A DNA stretch of 64,000 nt from Candidatus Bathyarchaeia archaeon. GTDB taxonomy: Archaea; Thermoproteota; Bathyarchaeia; Bathyarchaeales; Bathycorpusculaceae. Each line of letters opens with the position of its first letter. The first letter of the stretch is position 1. The DNA lies in contig JBEKHN010000001.1 of the NCBI GenBank assembly GCA_050012255.1, positions 224,001-288,000 on the forward strand, written 5' to 3'. Position numbers and translations under genes: made by a program. The notes beneath the pieces were generated by a model. That model made no database searches and was not told the origin of the DNA. It was given only the letters and a program-made list of their open reading frames with translations. Of this stretch, positions 39,861 through 49,083 are shown one piece after another.

Positions 39861-40385
39861 TTAGACTTTGTCGCTCTTGCTCAGGTCTTTGAGCCTGTTG
39901 ATTCCGTCTATTTCTCTTATAAAAGCTACCACGCTTTTGGGCACGAGGTTTTCCCAGTTTTCGTCCTTGACCATTCTCTCTCTGATCTCGGTCGAAGAGT
40001 ATAGCTTTCTGTCAAAGAAACGAATGGGCTTCACCTTGTATCTAGCCTCAGTGAAGAGACGACGCGTCAACGGTTCGTTAGAGTAGACAACGTCAAAGCG
40101 GGGAGTATAGCCCTCTAAGGAAGAGACCCACATCATGTGCAAGTGCACATCCGGAACGGGCACGATCCAAACCCGTCTATAGTCTACTTCGCATTCCTCC
40201 AACGCTTCACGAACCATAACCAGCCTTTCTCCTGCGGTAAACGGGTTGCTAAGGTTGTGGCTGTACTGCGCGCTGCCGATGACGATTACCGTTTCGTCAA
40301 CCTCTTTCAGAACTTCCTTTATCGCGCTGAGGTGCCCCAGATGAAAAGGTTGAAACCTTCCTACGTAAAGACCCCGCTTGCTCAT
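39861..40385 (-). CDS. nadM: Nicotinamide-nucleotide adenylyltransferase
   Basis: GRFQPFHLGH, NPFTAGER and SSTEIR motifs. Confidence 0.95.
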   Translation of the reverse strand: MSKRGLYVGRFQPFHLGHLSAIKEVLKEVDETVIVIGSAQYSHNLSNPFTAGERLVMVREALEECEVDYRRVWIVPVPDVHLHMMWVSSLEGYTPRFDVVYSNEPLTRRLFTEARYKVKPIRFFDRKLYSSTEIRERMVKDENWENLVPKSVVAFIREIDGINRLKDLSKSDKV

Positions 40386-40431
40386 TCGGATCGTCTCTTG
40401 GAACATGTTATCTGTGGAAGAGAATTAACAT

Positions 40432-41019
40432 TTACCCCTGCTGAGCTTTCCTGATCGCAAGCTCGACTGGAAACACTCGCAATTTCTTGCCGTCCACTGG
40501 AATTTCGCGTTCATCAGGGTATCCGCGCCTTTCACGCTTCAGAAAAGCAAGCTTGACGTCCAAGCCGCCTCCGTACCCACCCAGTGTGAAGTCCGCTCTT
40601 ACAACTCGATGGCACGGGCAGACCGGTGCGAAGGGGTTTGAAGCCATGATCTGCCCAACAGCTCTTGGCCCTCCTCCGACGGCTTTGGCAACTTCACCGT
40701 ACGTGGTTACGTAACCCAGCGGTACCTTGCAAACGGTTTCGATTACCTTCTTAGTGTACTTTGGCAGATGCTCCTCGGCCAGGGAGAAGCTGTGAGAAAC
40801 GTCTTTTCCATCGTAAATCTCCTTCAACGCTTCGATCACAGAGTGGGCAAACTCGGTTTTCTTTGGGTTTTCCGCAGAAACATGAAAGGGGACACTTTCT
40901 CTCAATCCTCGCAAAGCATTGTTCTGAGTTGAGGCAAACGTTGTCGCGTAGACAGATTCTCCTTCAAAGGCGACTCCAAACCAGACATTTCCGACCTTCT
41001 CGATGTAAACGCTTATCAT
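40432..41019 (-). CDS. ogt: Methylated-DNA--protein-cysteine methyltransferase
   Basis: TTYG, RAVG, PCHRVV and GGYGGG motifs. Confidence 0.93.
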   Translation of the reverse strand: MISVYIEKVGNVWFGVAFEGESVYATTFASTQNNALRGLRESVPFHVSAENPKKTEFAHSVIEALKEIYDGKDVSHSFSLAEEHLPKYTKKVIETVCKVPLGYVTTYGEVAKAVGGGPRAVGQIMASNPFAPVCPCHRVVRADFTLGGYGGGLDVKLAFLKRERRGYPDEREIPVDGKKLRVFPVELAIRKAQQG

Positions 41020-41534
41020 GCTTGCTTCCTCTCGTAGAACTATCGCCGCATCAAGTTTTATTTCTTGCTCCTCTTGTTCACTCTTGCACATACGCGCTCT
41101 ATTAAGAAAACCGCGCACACACTTGCCGAGGCATCGTCATCCGCGCGCGGAAGGCAGATTAGGAATGGCATTATTCATGCGGACAAATTTTTCAGCGGTA
41201 AAAAACGACGGGGTAGAGGAACGTTGCGGGCTCGTGTACCTTACAACGTTCTGATGCACGGTATTTCTTAGCTCCTAGCGGTAGGCTCTTTTTGGTTGCT
41301 CACACGAAAAAAGAATTATTTTCTTGTCATTCAGCGCCGGCTTCTATGGTCACCGCAAACACGAACCCTACAATGGTCTCAGCAAAAAGGGGCCCCAGCT
41401 CTCGTAGTAAACGAGAAGAGAAAAAACAGGGATCGTGCGGGAGAAGTCTCCAGCGCAGAACCACAAATCGTAAACTCTTTTATGGCACAACCCTACATAT
41501 AATCTAATAGTCAGCCTCAAGAACAGGGAAGACA

Positions 41535-41699
41535 ATGGCAGAAACAGTTACGAAGAAAGATTGGATACTATTTTTGCTTACCATTGCTTTCGTCATTTTT
41601 CTTGCCATTGCAATCTTCATCATATTGACTGGCCCAACTGGAAACCCGCCAGAAGGGCGGATGAGGCCATTGGTAACATTACTACGTACTTGGTTGTAG
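41535..41699 (+). CDS. Small single-TM peptide (54 aa)
   Basis: Manual translation MAETVTKKDWILFLLTIAFVIFLAIAIFIILTGPTGNPPEGRMRPLVTLLRTWL. Confidence 0.4.
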   Translation: MAETVTKKDWILFLLTIAFVIFLAIAIFIILTGPTGNPPEGRMRPLVTLLRTWL

Positions 41700-41875
41700 A
41701 CTTATCCGACGATTTTTTAAATGGAATCTAATCAGACGCAGACTTGACAGAACCCTTTATCAGGTTCTGTTAACTCTTAGGGTCTTAAAGAAGTTTGTTA
41801 ACTGTCGGGGCTTTTTATTAACTAAAAACCTTATTAATTAGGTGTTTCTATTCTGGCAAAATCAGTGGTAAATGA

Positions 41876-42055
41876 ATGAACTGCCCACGTTGCAACGCGG
41901 AGATTAACGTTAAGCATAAAAAGGAATGGAAATACCGTCAGGGTTACTATCTTGTGCGACAATATAAATGCCCAAAGTGCAGGAAACCATTTCGTACCTA
42001 TTTCCATGACAACAAGCTTTGTTTTACTATCCCTAAACCGAGCCAAAGATGTTAA
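41876..42055 (+). CDS. Small zinc-ribbon protein (59 aa, Cren7-like pattern)
   Basis: Manual translation MNCPRCNAEINVKHKKEWKYRQGYYLVRQYKCPKCRKPFRTYFHDNKLCFTIPKPSQRC; TATA-like CTTATTAA upstream. Confidence 0.7.
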   Translation: MNCPRCNAEINVKHKKEWKYRQGYYLVRQYKCPKCRKPFRTYFHDNKLCFTIPKPSQRC

Positions 42056-42081
42056 AAAGATAGACCGTACATTAAGACAAC

Positions 42082-45000
42082 ATGGCTAACAGCACCGATT
42101 TCTTCGAAAAAGCCCAAAGAGCTATCGAAAAATGCGAGCAAAAACGCGAGACGAAACTGGAAATAGAATTTGAGCATGTTCTCAAAAACTATTTTGAATG
42201 GCTAGGTTTCTCAAACATTGAAGGGCAATATGAACAAAAAGCAGGAAACATCTTTGTCGTTTCTAAGAAAAGACAGGATGCTACATATGGAAAAGTAATC
42301 ATAGAGTATGAGTCGGTCGGCAAACTCCTATCACATGCGGGAAAAGAACACGCACTAAATCAAATTAAAGATGACTATTTGGGTGCTTATCCTTCAGCGC
42401 AACGAGAAAAACTCGTTGGAATAGTCTTTGATGGCAAATTGATTATTTTTGTGCGTTGGATTGAAAGCGAGTGGGATTATGACGAAAGAGAGTTTACTAG
42501 GCAAAGTTTTGAGATGATGGTAAACTATCTTGTAGGTTTGTATAAGATTTCGTTCATTGAGTTACCCTCACAGTTTGGTTTCAATAAAGCAAAAACAAGA
42601 GAATCTTTGAAAACATTGTACTCAAAATCTGTCTGCAAGAATGAGAGGGCAAAGATGCTTTTTGACGAATGGAATTTGAGGTTTAGCTCGATATACGGCA
42701 ACTCTTTTAACAAGCAGAAAATTAAAGAACATTTCAAGGAATTTGCGAAACTAGTCGGTATAGAGGAAGCCGAAGAAAGCAGACTCATTTTTGCAATTCA
42801 TACATACTACGCTTTTATCGTTAAAATTGTCGCTTCTGAAGTAGCAAAAAACCTGTTTAATTATGCTACGGCTCAATCCCACATGAAAACCCTTTTGGAA
42901 TCGGAAAAGTTGGAAAAGGAACTAAAAGAGATAGAAGACGGGAAGTTCTTTCGGGATATTGGCATAGATAATTTTATAGAAGGAACTTTTCTTTCTTGGT
43001 ACTTAGATGTTTGGGATAAGGAAATAGAAGAGATCGCCAAAGACATAATTACACGCCTAGATTGGTTTGACTTCGCTGAGTTCATAACCAAACCAGAATA
43101 CGTTGTTGATTACTTGAAGAACTTTTACCAAGAAGTCTTTCCTAAACAGCTTAGACATGACCTGGGCGAGTTCTATACTCCAGATTGGTTAGCAAAATAT
43201 CTTGTTCGCCTTGCTGGTTTCGATGGCAATGTGAACACACGAGCACTCGATCCAGCATGTGGATCGGGAACATTCCTTGTGGCTATTATCAATAGGATTT
43301 TTGAAAAGTATAAAAAAGAACAACATAAGGAAAGACTAGTTGCGGATATTTCGAAAAACATAGTTGGCTTTGACATAAACCCAATAGCAGTCTTAACAGC
43401 AAGAACCAATTATCTAATAGCATTATCTCGCTTTAATTTGGTAAAAACACAAGTGACCATTCCAATATACCTCACCGATTCAATCGTTTTACCAGAACTT
43501 GAAAAACAGAAAAAATTAACAGACAAAGTAAACTTGTATAATATCAAAACAACAAAAGGGATTTTTCGCATACCCGCTGAAGCAAAGACTCGCATATCAG
43601 AAATCATGTATTTTCTAAAAAGCAATATTGACAAACAAATTGATGCAAAGCATACAAAAGAACAGTTAGAAAGCCAATTTGGGTACAACGACAAAGTGAT
43701 CTATCATCTATTAGAATTGTACGATAAGCTACTGGAGCTAAGCAACCAGAATCAAAACAAAATTTGGTGCGACATCATAATCAATCAGTTCTCCACTCTC
43801 TTCCAAGAACGATTTGATTTCGTAATTGGGAACCCTCCTTGGGTCAACTGGGAATTCTTGAACGACGAATACCAAAAACACATGATGGCAATCAATGATG
43901 AGTACGGTATGTACTTCACGAAAGGTTTAGAATCAAGATTGGGAAAAGTCAAGCGAGACATATCTGCCATATTCTTTTACGTGTGTTCGGATGTTTATTT
44001 GAAGAATCATGGTTCGATTGCTTTTCTCATAAAACCCATGTATCAAATTCCGTCTGGTAGAGGGTTCAGAAACTTCAACAGATTGCCTAAAGACGTGGAA
44101 ATTTCCAAACTCAAAAATCCGCTTAAGATTATTATTGTTGAAGATGTTAGCAAAGAAAACCCATTCGAGATTGGTAACGCAGTATCGCTGATCGTAGCGA
44201 AGAAAGGAGAAAAGACAGATTATCCTATAAAATACAGAAAGTGGGCTGGTAAGCGAACCCATGAGCTGGAAGATTATAAAGCAGACCCATCAGATGATAC
44301 TGATCCGCTCTCCACTTGGGCTATATACAAAGGCCAAAAACAGCTTAATGCTTCAGGAGAGTTTGACTACAAAATCAGGACAGGAGTTTATCATGGATTA
44401 AAAGAGCCATTTTTTGGCTTAGAATTGTTGATAGATAAGGGAACTCTTGTCCAGATACGAAACTGTGAAAGCAAAGTGAAAGACCTCGAAAAGGATAGAA
44501 TTTATCCATTGATTATGTCACGCCATATCAACAGATGGAAATTGGGGGATGTCAACGGAGAAAAATACACTTACTGTATTCTTCCACAGTCGCGCCTAGG
44601 TGAGAATAACGAAAATGAAATGAAAATGGATACGCCAAATACTTATGAATGGTTAGCCGATTTCAAAGAGAAACTATTAGATAGAAAGATTTTCTTGAAA
44701 ATGTTTCACAAGGGCAAAAACCCATTTTACTCGATCTATGATCTAAATGATTGGGATTCAAAATACAAAGTTGTTTGGAAGAACATGGGCTTCTATCCTG
44801 ATTTCTTAGTTGTGTCTTCTGTGGATGATAAAAAATTAGGCAAGAAACTAGTTCTTCCCGAACATGTCGTTTCGTATATTCCTCTGAACACTAGAAAAGA
44901 AGCTCATTACGTGTGTGCTATTCTCAATTCGTCTGTTGTCAGAACAAACCTTAGCACTTTATCTTCTGGTGGGAAATCTGGTCTATCCGCTTCGATTGTT

Positions 45001-45198
45001 GGAAAAGTACGACTAGACAAGTTCAACCCAAAAATCCCTTTACATGAAACGCTTGCGCTATTATCGATGTCAGCCCATTCATTGGCTGAACAAGATGATA
45101 CTGAGAGACTCAAGAAAGTTGAAAAGAGAATAGATGATTTTGTTGAGGCATTTTATAAGAACAAACGACAAAAAAACAGCCTCTTGAACAACCAATAA
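42082..45198 (+). CDS. Type IIG-like fused restriction endonuclease / N6-adenine methyltransferase
   Basis: GEFYTP, DPACGSGTFL, GFDINP and NPPW motifs; N-terminal QD...IIEYE nuclease-like motif; C-terminal TRD; AT-rich. Confidence 0.88.
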   Translation: MANSTDFFEKAQRAIEKCEQKRETKLEIEFEHVLKNYFEWLGFSNIEGQYEQKAGNIFVVSKKRQDATYGKVIIEYESVGKLLSHAGKEHALNQIKDDYLGAYPSAQREKLVGIVFDGKLIIFVRWIESEWDYDEREFTRQSFEMMVNYLVGLYKISFIELPSQFGFNKAKTRESLKTLYSKSVCKNERAKMLFDEWNLRFSSIYGNSFNKQKIKEHFKEFAKLVGIEEAEESRLIFAIHTYYAFIVKIVASEVAKNLFNYATAQSHMKTLLESEKLEKELKEIEDGKFFRDIGIDNFIEGTFLSWYLDVWDKEIEEIAKDIITRLDWFDFAEFITKPEYVVDYLKNFYQEVFPKQLRHDLGEFYTPDWLAKYLVRLAGFDGNVNTRALDPACGSGTFLVAIINRIFEKYKKEQHKERLVADISKNIVGFDINPIAVLTARTNYLIALSRFNLVKTQVTIPIYLTDSIVLPELEKQKKLTDKVNLYNIKTTKGIFRIPAEAKTRISEIMYFLKSNIDKQIDAKHTKEQLESQFGYNDKVIYHLLELYDKLLELSNQNQNKIWCDIIINQFSTLFQERFDFVIGNPPWVNWEFLNDEYQKHMMAINDEYGMYFTKGLESRLGKVKRDISAIFFYVCSDVYLKNHGSIAFLIKPMYQIPSGRGFRNFNRLPKDVEISKLKNPLKIIIVEDVSKENPFEIGNAVSLIVAKKGEKTDYPIKYRKWAGKRTHELEDYKADPSDDTDPLSTWAIYKGQKQLNASGEFDYKIRTGVYHGLKEPFFGLELLIDKGTLVQIRNCESKVKDLEKDRIYPLIMSRHINRWKLGDVNGEKYTYCILPQSRLGENNENEMKMDTPNTYEWLADFKEKLLDRKIFLKMFHKGKNPFYSIYDLNDWDSKYKVVWKNMGFYPDFLVVSSVDDKKLGKKLVLPEHVVSYIPLNTRKEAHYVCAILNSSVVRTNLSTLSSGGKSGLSASIVGKVRLDKFNPKIPLHETLALLSMSAHSLAEQDDTERLKKVEKRIDDFVEAFYKNKRQKNSLLNNQ

Positions 45199-45304
45199 TT
45201 TCCCCGATAAATGCCAAGACTTGGCTCTCCAACTTAAATGACAACTTGGCATTATCTTGTTTGATAACTTGTATGTTGAAATTTCAAAAATCAAAGAAAC
45301 TAAC

Positions 45305-46477
45305 TTAGAGAGGTTTTTGGACTTTTGTTGCTTTCTTGATTAGTGACTTCCAATTCTCAGGTGTTGAACTATCAGCAATTTTCGCTTGTTGTGCAGGAGT
45401 TTTTCCTCCTAGTGCTATGTGAGGTCTCATGAAGTTGTAGTAGATTCTCAGGCCATCCATCATTGTCTGTGCTGTCTCTTCATCATCGAGCCCGCGCATA
45501 ACCTTGTTTCTCTGCCTAATCGTTCCGTGAAGTCTTTCAATCATGTTGTTGTTTGAACGGTCTCTGATGTTGGGTATTCTAACGTGTTCTGTCCTCGGTG
45601 CTTTCATTGTGTAGAACTCTTTCGCTATCGCATCCTGATAGGATCTTAATCCATCTGTCACTATTGCCATTGGTCTGGTCTTTGAAAGGCTTGAGGCTTG
45701 AGCTAGAACTTGTCTTGCGTCTGCAATTTCTCTTTTCTCCGTTATTTGAGAGGCAAGCCAGAATCGGCTTTCGTTGTCGATTACGTTCCAAGCCCATCTC
45801 AGGTTTTCGTGATTGTCTAAGTCTTTTATGTTCAATGTCATTTCATCGCTATGCCAAATTCCGCTCACTTTTGGAACTAGCTGATCGCAATATTTCTTCA
45901 TCATGGAAACGTACTTTCTTATCCACTTGTAAATCGCTACATGGCTAACCTCTACCCCGTAGAACTGCTTTATGTGGTCAACTATCGCTCTCATGCTGAT
46001 TCCTTTGAAGTAAAGGTCAAGGGCTACGGTGACAGTTTCAGGAGTAGCCTTCATTCTCTCAAACCCTTCGTCAATAATGAATTTTCTCTTACAGTCTTTG
46101 CAGAAAAACCGTTGAACCTTTCCATTCTGAGTGTTTCGGTATCCTCTCTTCACGATATTTTGAGAGCCACAGAATTTACAAACCTGTTCTGGTGATTCTA
46201 CTTCTTTGCATAGGTTCTCACCCTCTTTCTCAAGAGGAAATGCAACCTGCTCATTTAACCTGATCTGTTGAACCGCATGAATGTGCTTGCATGCTACATG
46301 ATTAAGGACAAAATCGGGGCATTCGCATTTCCACTCAAGTCCCTCTCTTACCACGATGTAGTGTTTGCCTTCTTCAGTCTGAGACCAAACTCGATAAGTT
46401 GAATCGCTTATCTTGTCAACCTTACCGTGAGCCAGAAGAGAGTACGCACGGAGTTTGCGTGTGTTTGAGGTTTTCAT
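45305..46477 (-). CDS. IS6-family DDE transposase with N-terminal SWIM and IS1-like zinc fingers
   Basis: CECPDF...CKHIHA, CKFC...CKDC, HTH, WHSDEM / VTDG / NNNMIERLH triad, YYNFMRPH..LGGKTPA; frame intact. Confidence 0.92.
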   Translation of the reverse strand: MKTSNTRKLRAYSLLAHGKVDKISDSTYRVWSQTEEGKHYIVVREGLEWKCECPDFVLNHVACKHIHAVQQIRLNEQVAFPLEKEGENLCKEVESPEQVCKFCGSQNIVKRGYRNTQNGKVQRFFCKDCKRKFIIDEGFERMKATPETVTVALDLYFKGISMRAIVDHIKQFYGVEVSHVAIYKWIRKYVSMMKKYCDQLVPKVSGIWHSDEMTLNIKDLDNHENLRWAWNVIDNESRFWLASQITEKREIADARQVLAQASSLSKTRPMAIVTDGLRSYQDAIAKEFYTMKAPRTEHVRIPNIRDRSNNNMIERLHGTIRQRNKVMRGLDDEETAQTMMDGLRIYYNFMRPHIALGGKTPAQQAKIADSSTPENWKSLIKKATKVQKPL

Positions 46478-46600
46478 CGGTCTACACCTTGGTATATACT
46501 AATGTACACACAGGTATATAAGAGTTTCCACACCTATGTTTAGACCGTAGTATAAACCTTAAATACATGGTTCGTCTAAGTATATGCAGAGGTGTAGAAA

Positions 46601-46774
46601 TTGGCAGGTCAAGTTAAAACAAAGATCAACAAAGTCGGGTCACGACACACTATCTACCTCAAAACGGACCTAATCAACGATAGCAATTTCCCCTTCCATG
46701 TGGGTGAATCACTCATAGTGAGAATAGAAGGCGATAAACTGATCATTGAAAAAGAAAGCAAGAACGTGCGTTAA
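46601..46774 (+). CDS. AbrB/MazE-fold small DNA-binding protein (57 aa), divergent from the transposase
   Basis: GAGGTG SD; manual translation MAGQVKTKINKVGSRHTIYLKTDLINDSNFPFHVGESLIVRIEGDKLIIEKESKNVR. Confidence 0.75.
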   Translation: MAGQVKTKINKVGSRHTIYLKTDLINDSNFPFHVGESLIVRIEGDKLIIEKESKNVR

Positions 46775-46793
46775 GGGAATATAAGCAAAAAAG

Positions 46794-47741
46794 CTAACCT
46801 AGAGGTGGAGTATGCTCTAGACCTGCTGCTATATTTTGTCTAACATCATTCGCTTTAGGTAGTCTTTTGAAAGCTGGTTTGAACACGTTCTCGTAGACTT
46901 TCTGATACAGTTGCTCAAAGGATTTAGATTCCTTCGCGAAGTAGGTTACGCTTTGACCAATTTCCTCTTCTATTAATGTCTCTCTTAATGCTTCTTCAAA
47001 TCTCTGAGCCACTATTTTGTTATCCGCTAGCGTGCCAACGAAGAAACTTTGTCTTAATGGTCCAAGTTTTTCACGTACATCTGCTTCGCCTTGTTCGCTG
47101 AGAGCTGAATAGAAAAAGTCATATAGATACCGTCTGCTAGAGCAATGGATACCTCTGATGTTCTTGACCACTCCTTTTTCAGGGATTCCGACGGTGCAAA
47201 ATACTTCATGCGGAATAACGCTCTGTCCTTTTGCTGCATTATTCAGGGTTCTGATGATTTCTTTGAATATGCCTTTTGCATCGTCCCGTTTCCAAATTGT
47301 ATCTACCAAATCTTCTGTTTCGCCCTTTCCATAGGCATCGATCTCTATGTCGCGGTAGACCTCACGCCAGCTTGGACTATTGTTGATAGAGAAGAAACCT
47401 GAAAGCCGATCGCCATCTAAGTCCCAATAGCCTTCTATTCTCACAACTGTTGAAACTAGCAGCTCAAATGGAAAGAACTTGCTATCAGAGAATTGCTGTT
47501 TCAGCTTAGCCATATCTCGGAAAAATTCTGAGACTTTCACTTCTGGAAACAACCGTTCTCCCCCTAAAGCCTCTGAAGGTCGATTGTGCCAGACACTTAT
47601 CCCTTGAGGTTCGAACACATGCCCATTGACAAAGGAAAGTGCTATTTCTGTTGCATAGTGGAGCCGATTTAAAGCTACGTCTCTGAAGGTAGTTGCTTCA
47701 GGTCTTTTCAGAGTTATGTATATGCCCATTTCACCGATCAC
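46794..47741 (-). CDS. Hypothetical protein (transposon cargo)
   Basis: 315-aa ORF overlapping the upstream gene; no recognised motif. Confidence 0.75.
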   Translation of the reverse strand: MIGEMGIYITLKRPEATTFRDVALNRLHYATEIALSFVNGHVFEPQGISVWHNRPSEALGGERLFPEVKVSEFFRDMAKLKQQFSDSKFFPFELLVSTVVRIEGYWDLDGDRLSGFFSINNSPSWREVYRDIEIDAYGKGETEDLVDTIWKRDDAKGIFKEIIRTLNNAAKGQSVIPHEVFCTVGIPEKGVVKNIRGIHCSSRRYLYDFFYSALSEQGEADVREKLGPLRQSFFVGTLADNKIVAQRFEEALRETLIEEEIGQSVTYFAKESKSFEQLYQKVYENVFKPAFKRLPKANDVRQNIAAGLEHTPPLG

Positions 47742-48192
47742 CCGAAAGATTCTTATACATACGATACATGTTATCCACTTGTTCCTCGTAAAAAATCAGT
47801 AACTCCCAAGAAAACGGTGCAACCTTAACCCGATAAGGTTCATCATTTCTGCTTGGGTCAACTAGTCTATGTGTTCTAAGTTCTTGCTTAAAAAACCTAC
47901 TCTCGGTTCTGCTTAACCCGTCGGAGACAACTATGAGGAAATCCACTGGATTTTTGGGAACTAAGAGATGAGCTGAGGAGTCTAGTTGCTCTACTGCTTT
48001 GTGCATGTTTGACCTTTTGAACTCGATAATGGCACGCTTGCCATTGCTGTAGATGGTATATCTATCGGAAATTTTGCACGGATGTGCTGGGTCGCCCTTT
48101 GAGATCCCAAGTTCATGTTGGGCACTAGGGTCATCAAGATCGTACTCCTTGACGGGTTTCGCAGTGTCAATAAGAGGAGTTCTCTTCCCCAT
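47731..48192 (-). CDS. Putative PD-(D/E)xK nuclease-fold protein (transposon cargo)
   Basis: ISD-x11-IIEFK...KAVEQL pattern. Confidence 0.6.
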   Translation of the reverse strand: MGKRTPLIDTAKPVKEYDLDDPSAQHELGISKGDPAHPCKISDRYTIYSNGKRAIIEFKRSNMHKAVEQLDSSAHLLVPKNPVDFLIVVSDGLSRTESRFFKQELRTHRLVDPSRNDEPYRVKVAPFSWELLIFYEEQVDNMYRMYKNLSGDR

Positions 48193-48388
48193 TTTGAAAA
48201 CAGAACCTCGACGGTTCTTGTGGGTTGAACTTCTATTTAGGGTTTAAGACAAAACAAGAAACTTGCTAAAAGCCCCTCTGGTTAACATGGATAAACATTT
48301 ATCCATAAAAGACCCGAAGAGTTAACAGAACCCTTTATCATTAAGTTTAATAGTTTGTCCGTGCATAAAACGGGAAAGGTGTTGTCAT

Positions 48389-49006
48389 ATGGAAAAGCAA
48401 GCACAGAATGGTTACATGTTTATTCCAGGGGCCACAACTGTGGGCGTAATCTTCAAAGATGGTGCTATTCTGGCCTCTGAGAAGCGGGTTTCATATGGTT
48501 ATCTGATTGTGAGCAAGACAGGGAAGAAGGTTTTCAGAATCACGGACCACATAGGCGCAGCTTGTGCTGGACTGGTTTCAGATATGCAGGTTCTCATCAG
48601 AGAAGTCGAAGCCTACGGAAACCTGTTTAACCTGGATGTTGGCCGACCCATATCGGTCAGATCGGTCGCTAAGCTCATGTCCAGTCTACTCTTCAGCCGT
48701 CGGTTGGCACCTCTCATCACGCAGACAATCGTCGGGGGAGTGGACAAAGAGGGTCCCTCACTGTACTCGCTAGACCCACTGGGTTCAGTGCTTCCTGACA
48801 GGTATACGGTCGTTGGGTCGGGAACAGAGATTGCGATGGGAGTCGTTGAGGAAGGATACAAGGACAACATGGGGATGGATGAAGCGAAGGACCTGGTCAT
48901 GAGGGCAATGAAGTCTGCCGTGAGCAGAGACGTAATGAGCGGAGACGGGATAGATTTTCTGATAATAACTAAGGATGGAATACGCGAAGAATCAATGAAA
49001 TTTTAG
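48389..49006 (+). CDS. psmB: Proteasome beta subunit
   Basis: Propeptide followed by TTVG; KKVF.I.DHIG, GSG and SRD..SGDG motifs. Confidence 0.95.
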   Translation: MEKQAQNGYMFIPGATTVGVIFKDGAILASEKRVSYGYLIVSKTGKKVFRITDHIGAACAGLVSDMQVLIREVEAYGNLFNLDVGRPISVRSVAKLMSSLLFSRRLAPLITQTIVGGVDKEGPSLYSLDPLGSVLPDRYTVVGSGTEIAMGVVEEGYKDNMGMDEAKDLVMRAMKSAVSRDVMSGDGIDFLIITKDGIREESMKF

Positions 49007-49083
49007 ACCTTCCATTCTCAGCAAAGATTTAAACTTTGATCTCTGCACACTAGTATTCTCCGTGACGCGGGGAGTATTCAAAA

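Larger units (their letters stand above)
41763..48332. mobile_element. IS6-family cargo (unit) transposon, 6,570 bp
   Basis: TIRs GGTTCTGTTAACTCTT(A/C)GGGTCTT at 41763-41786 and 48309-48332 (23/24 identical); 8-bp direct repeat CTTTATCA at 41755-41762 and 48333-48340; one DDE transposase inside. Confidence 0.93.

Noticed and set aside
41834-42046. 70-aa minus-strand ORF in the ORF track
   Set aside because: Shadow of the plus-strand zinc-ribbon gene 41876-42055.
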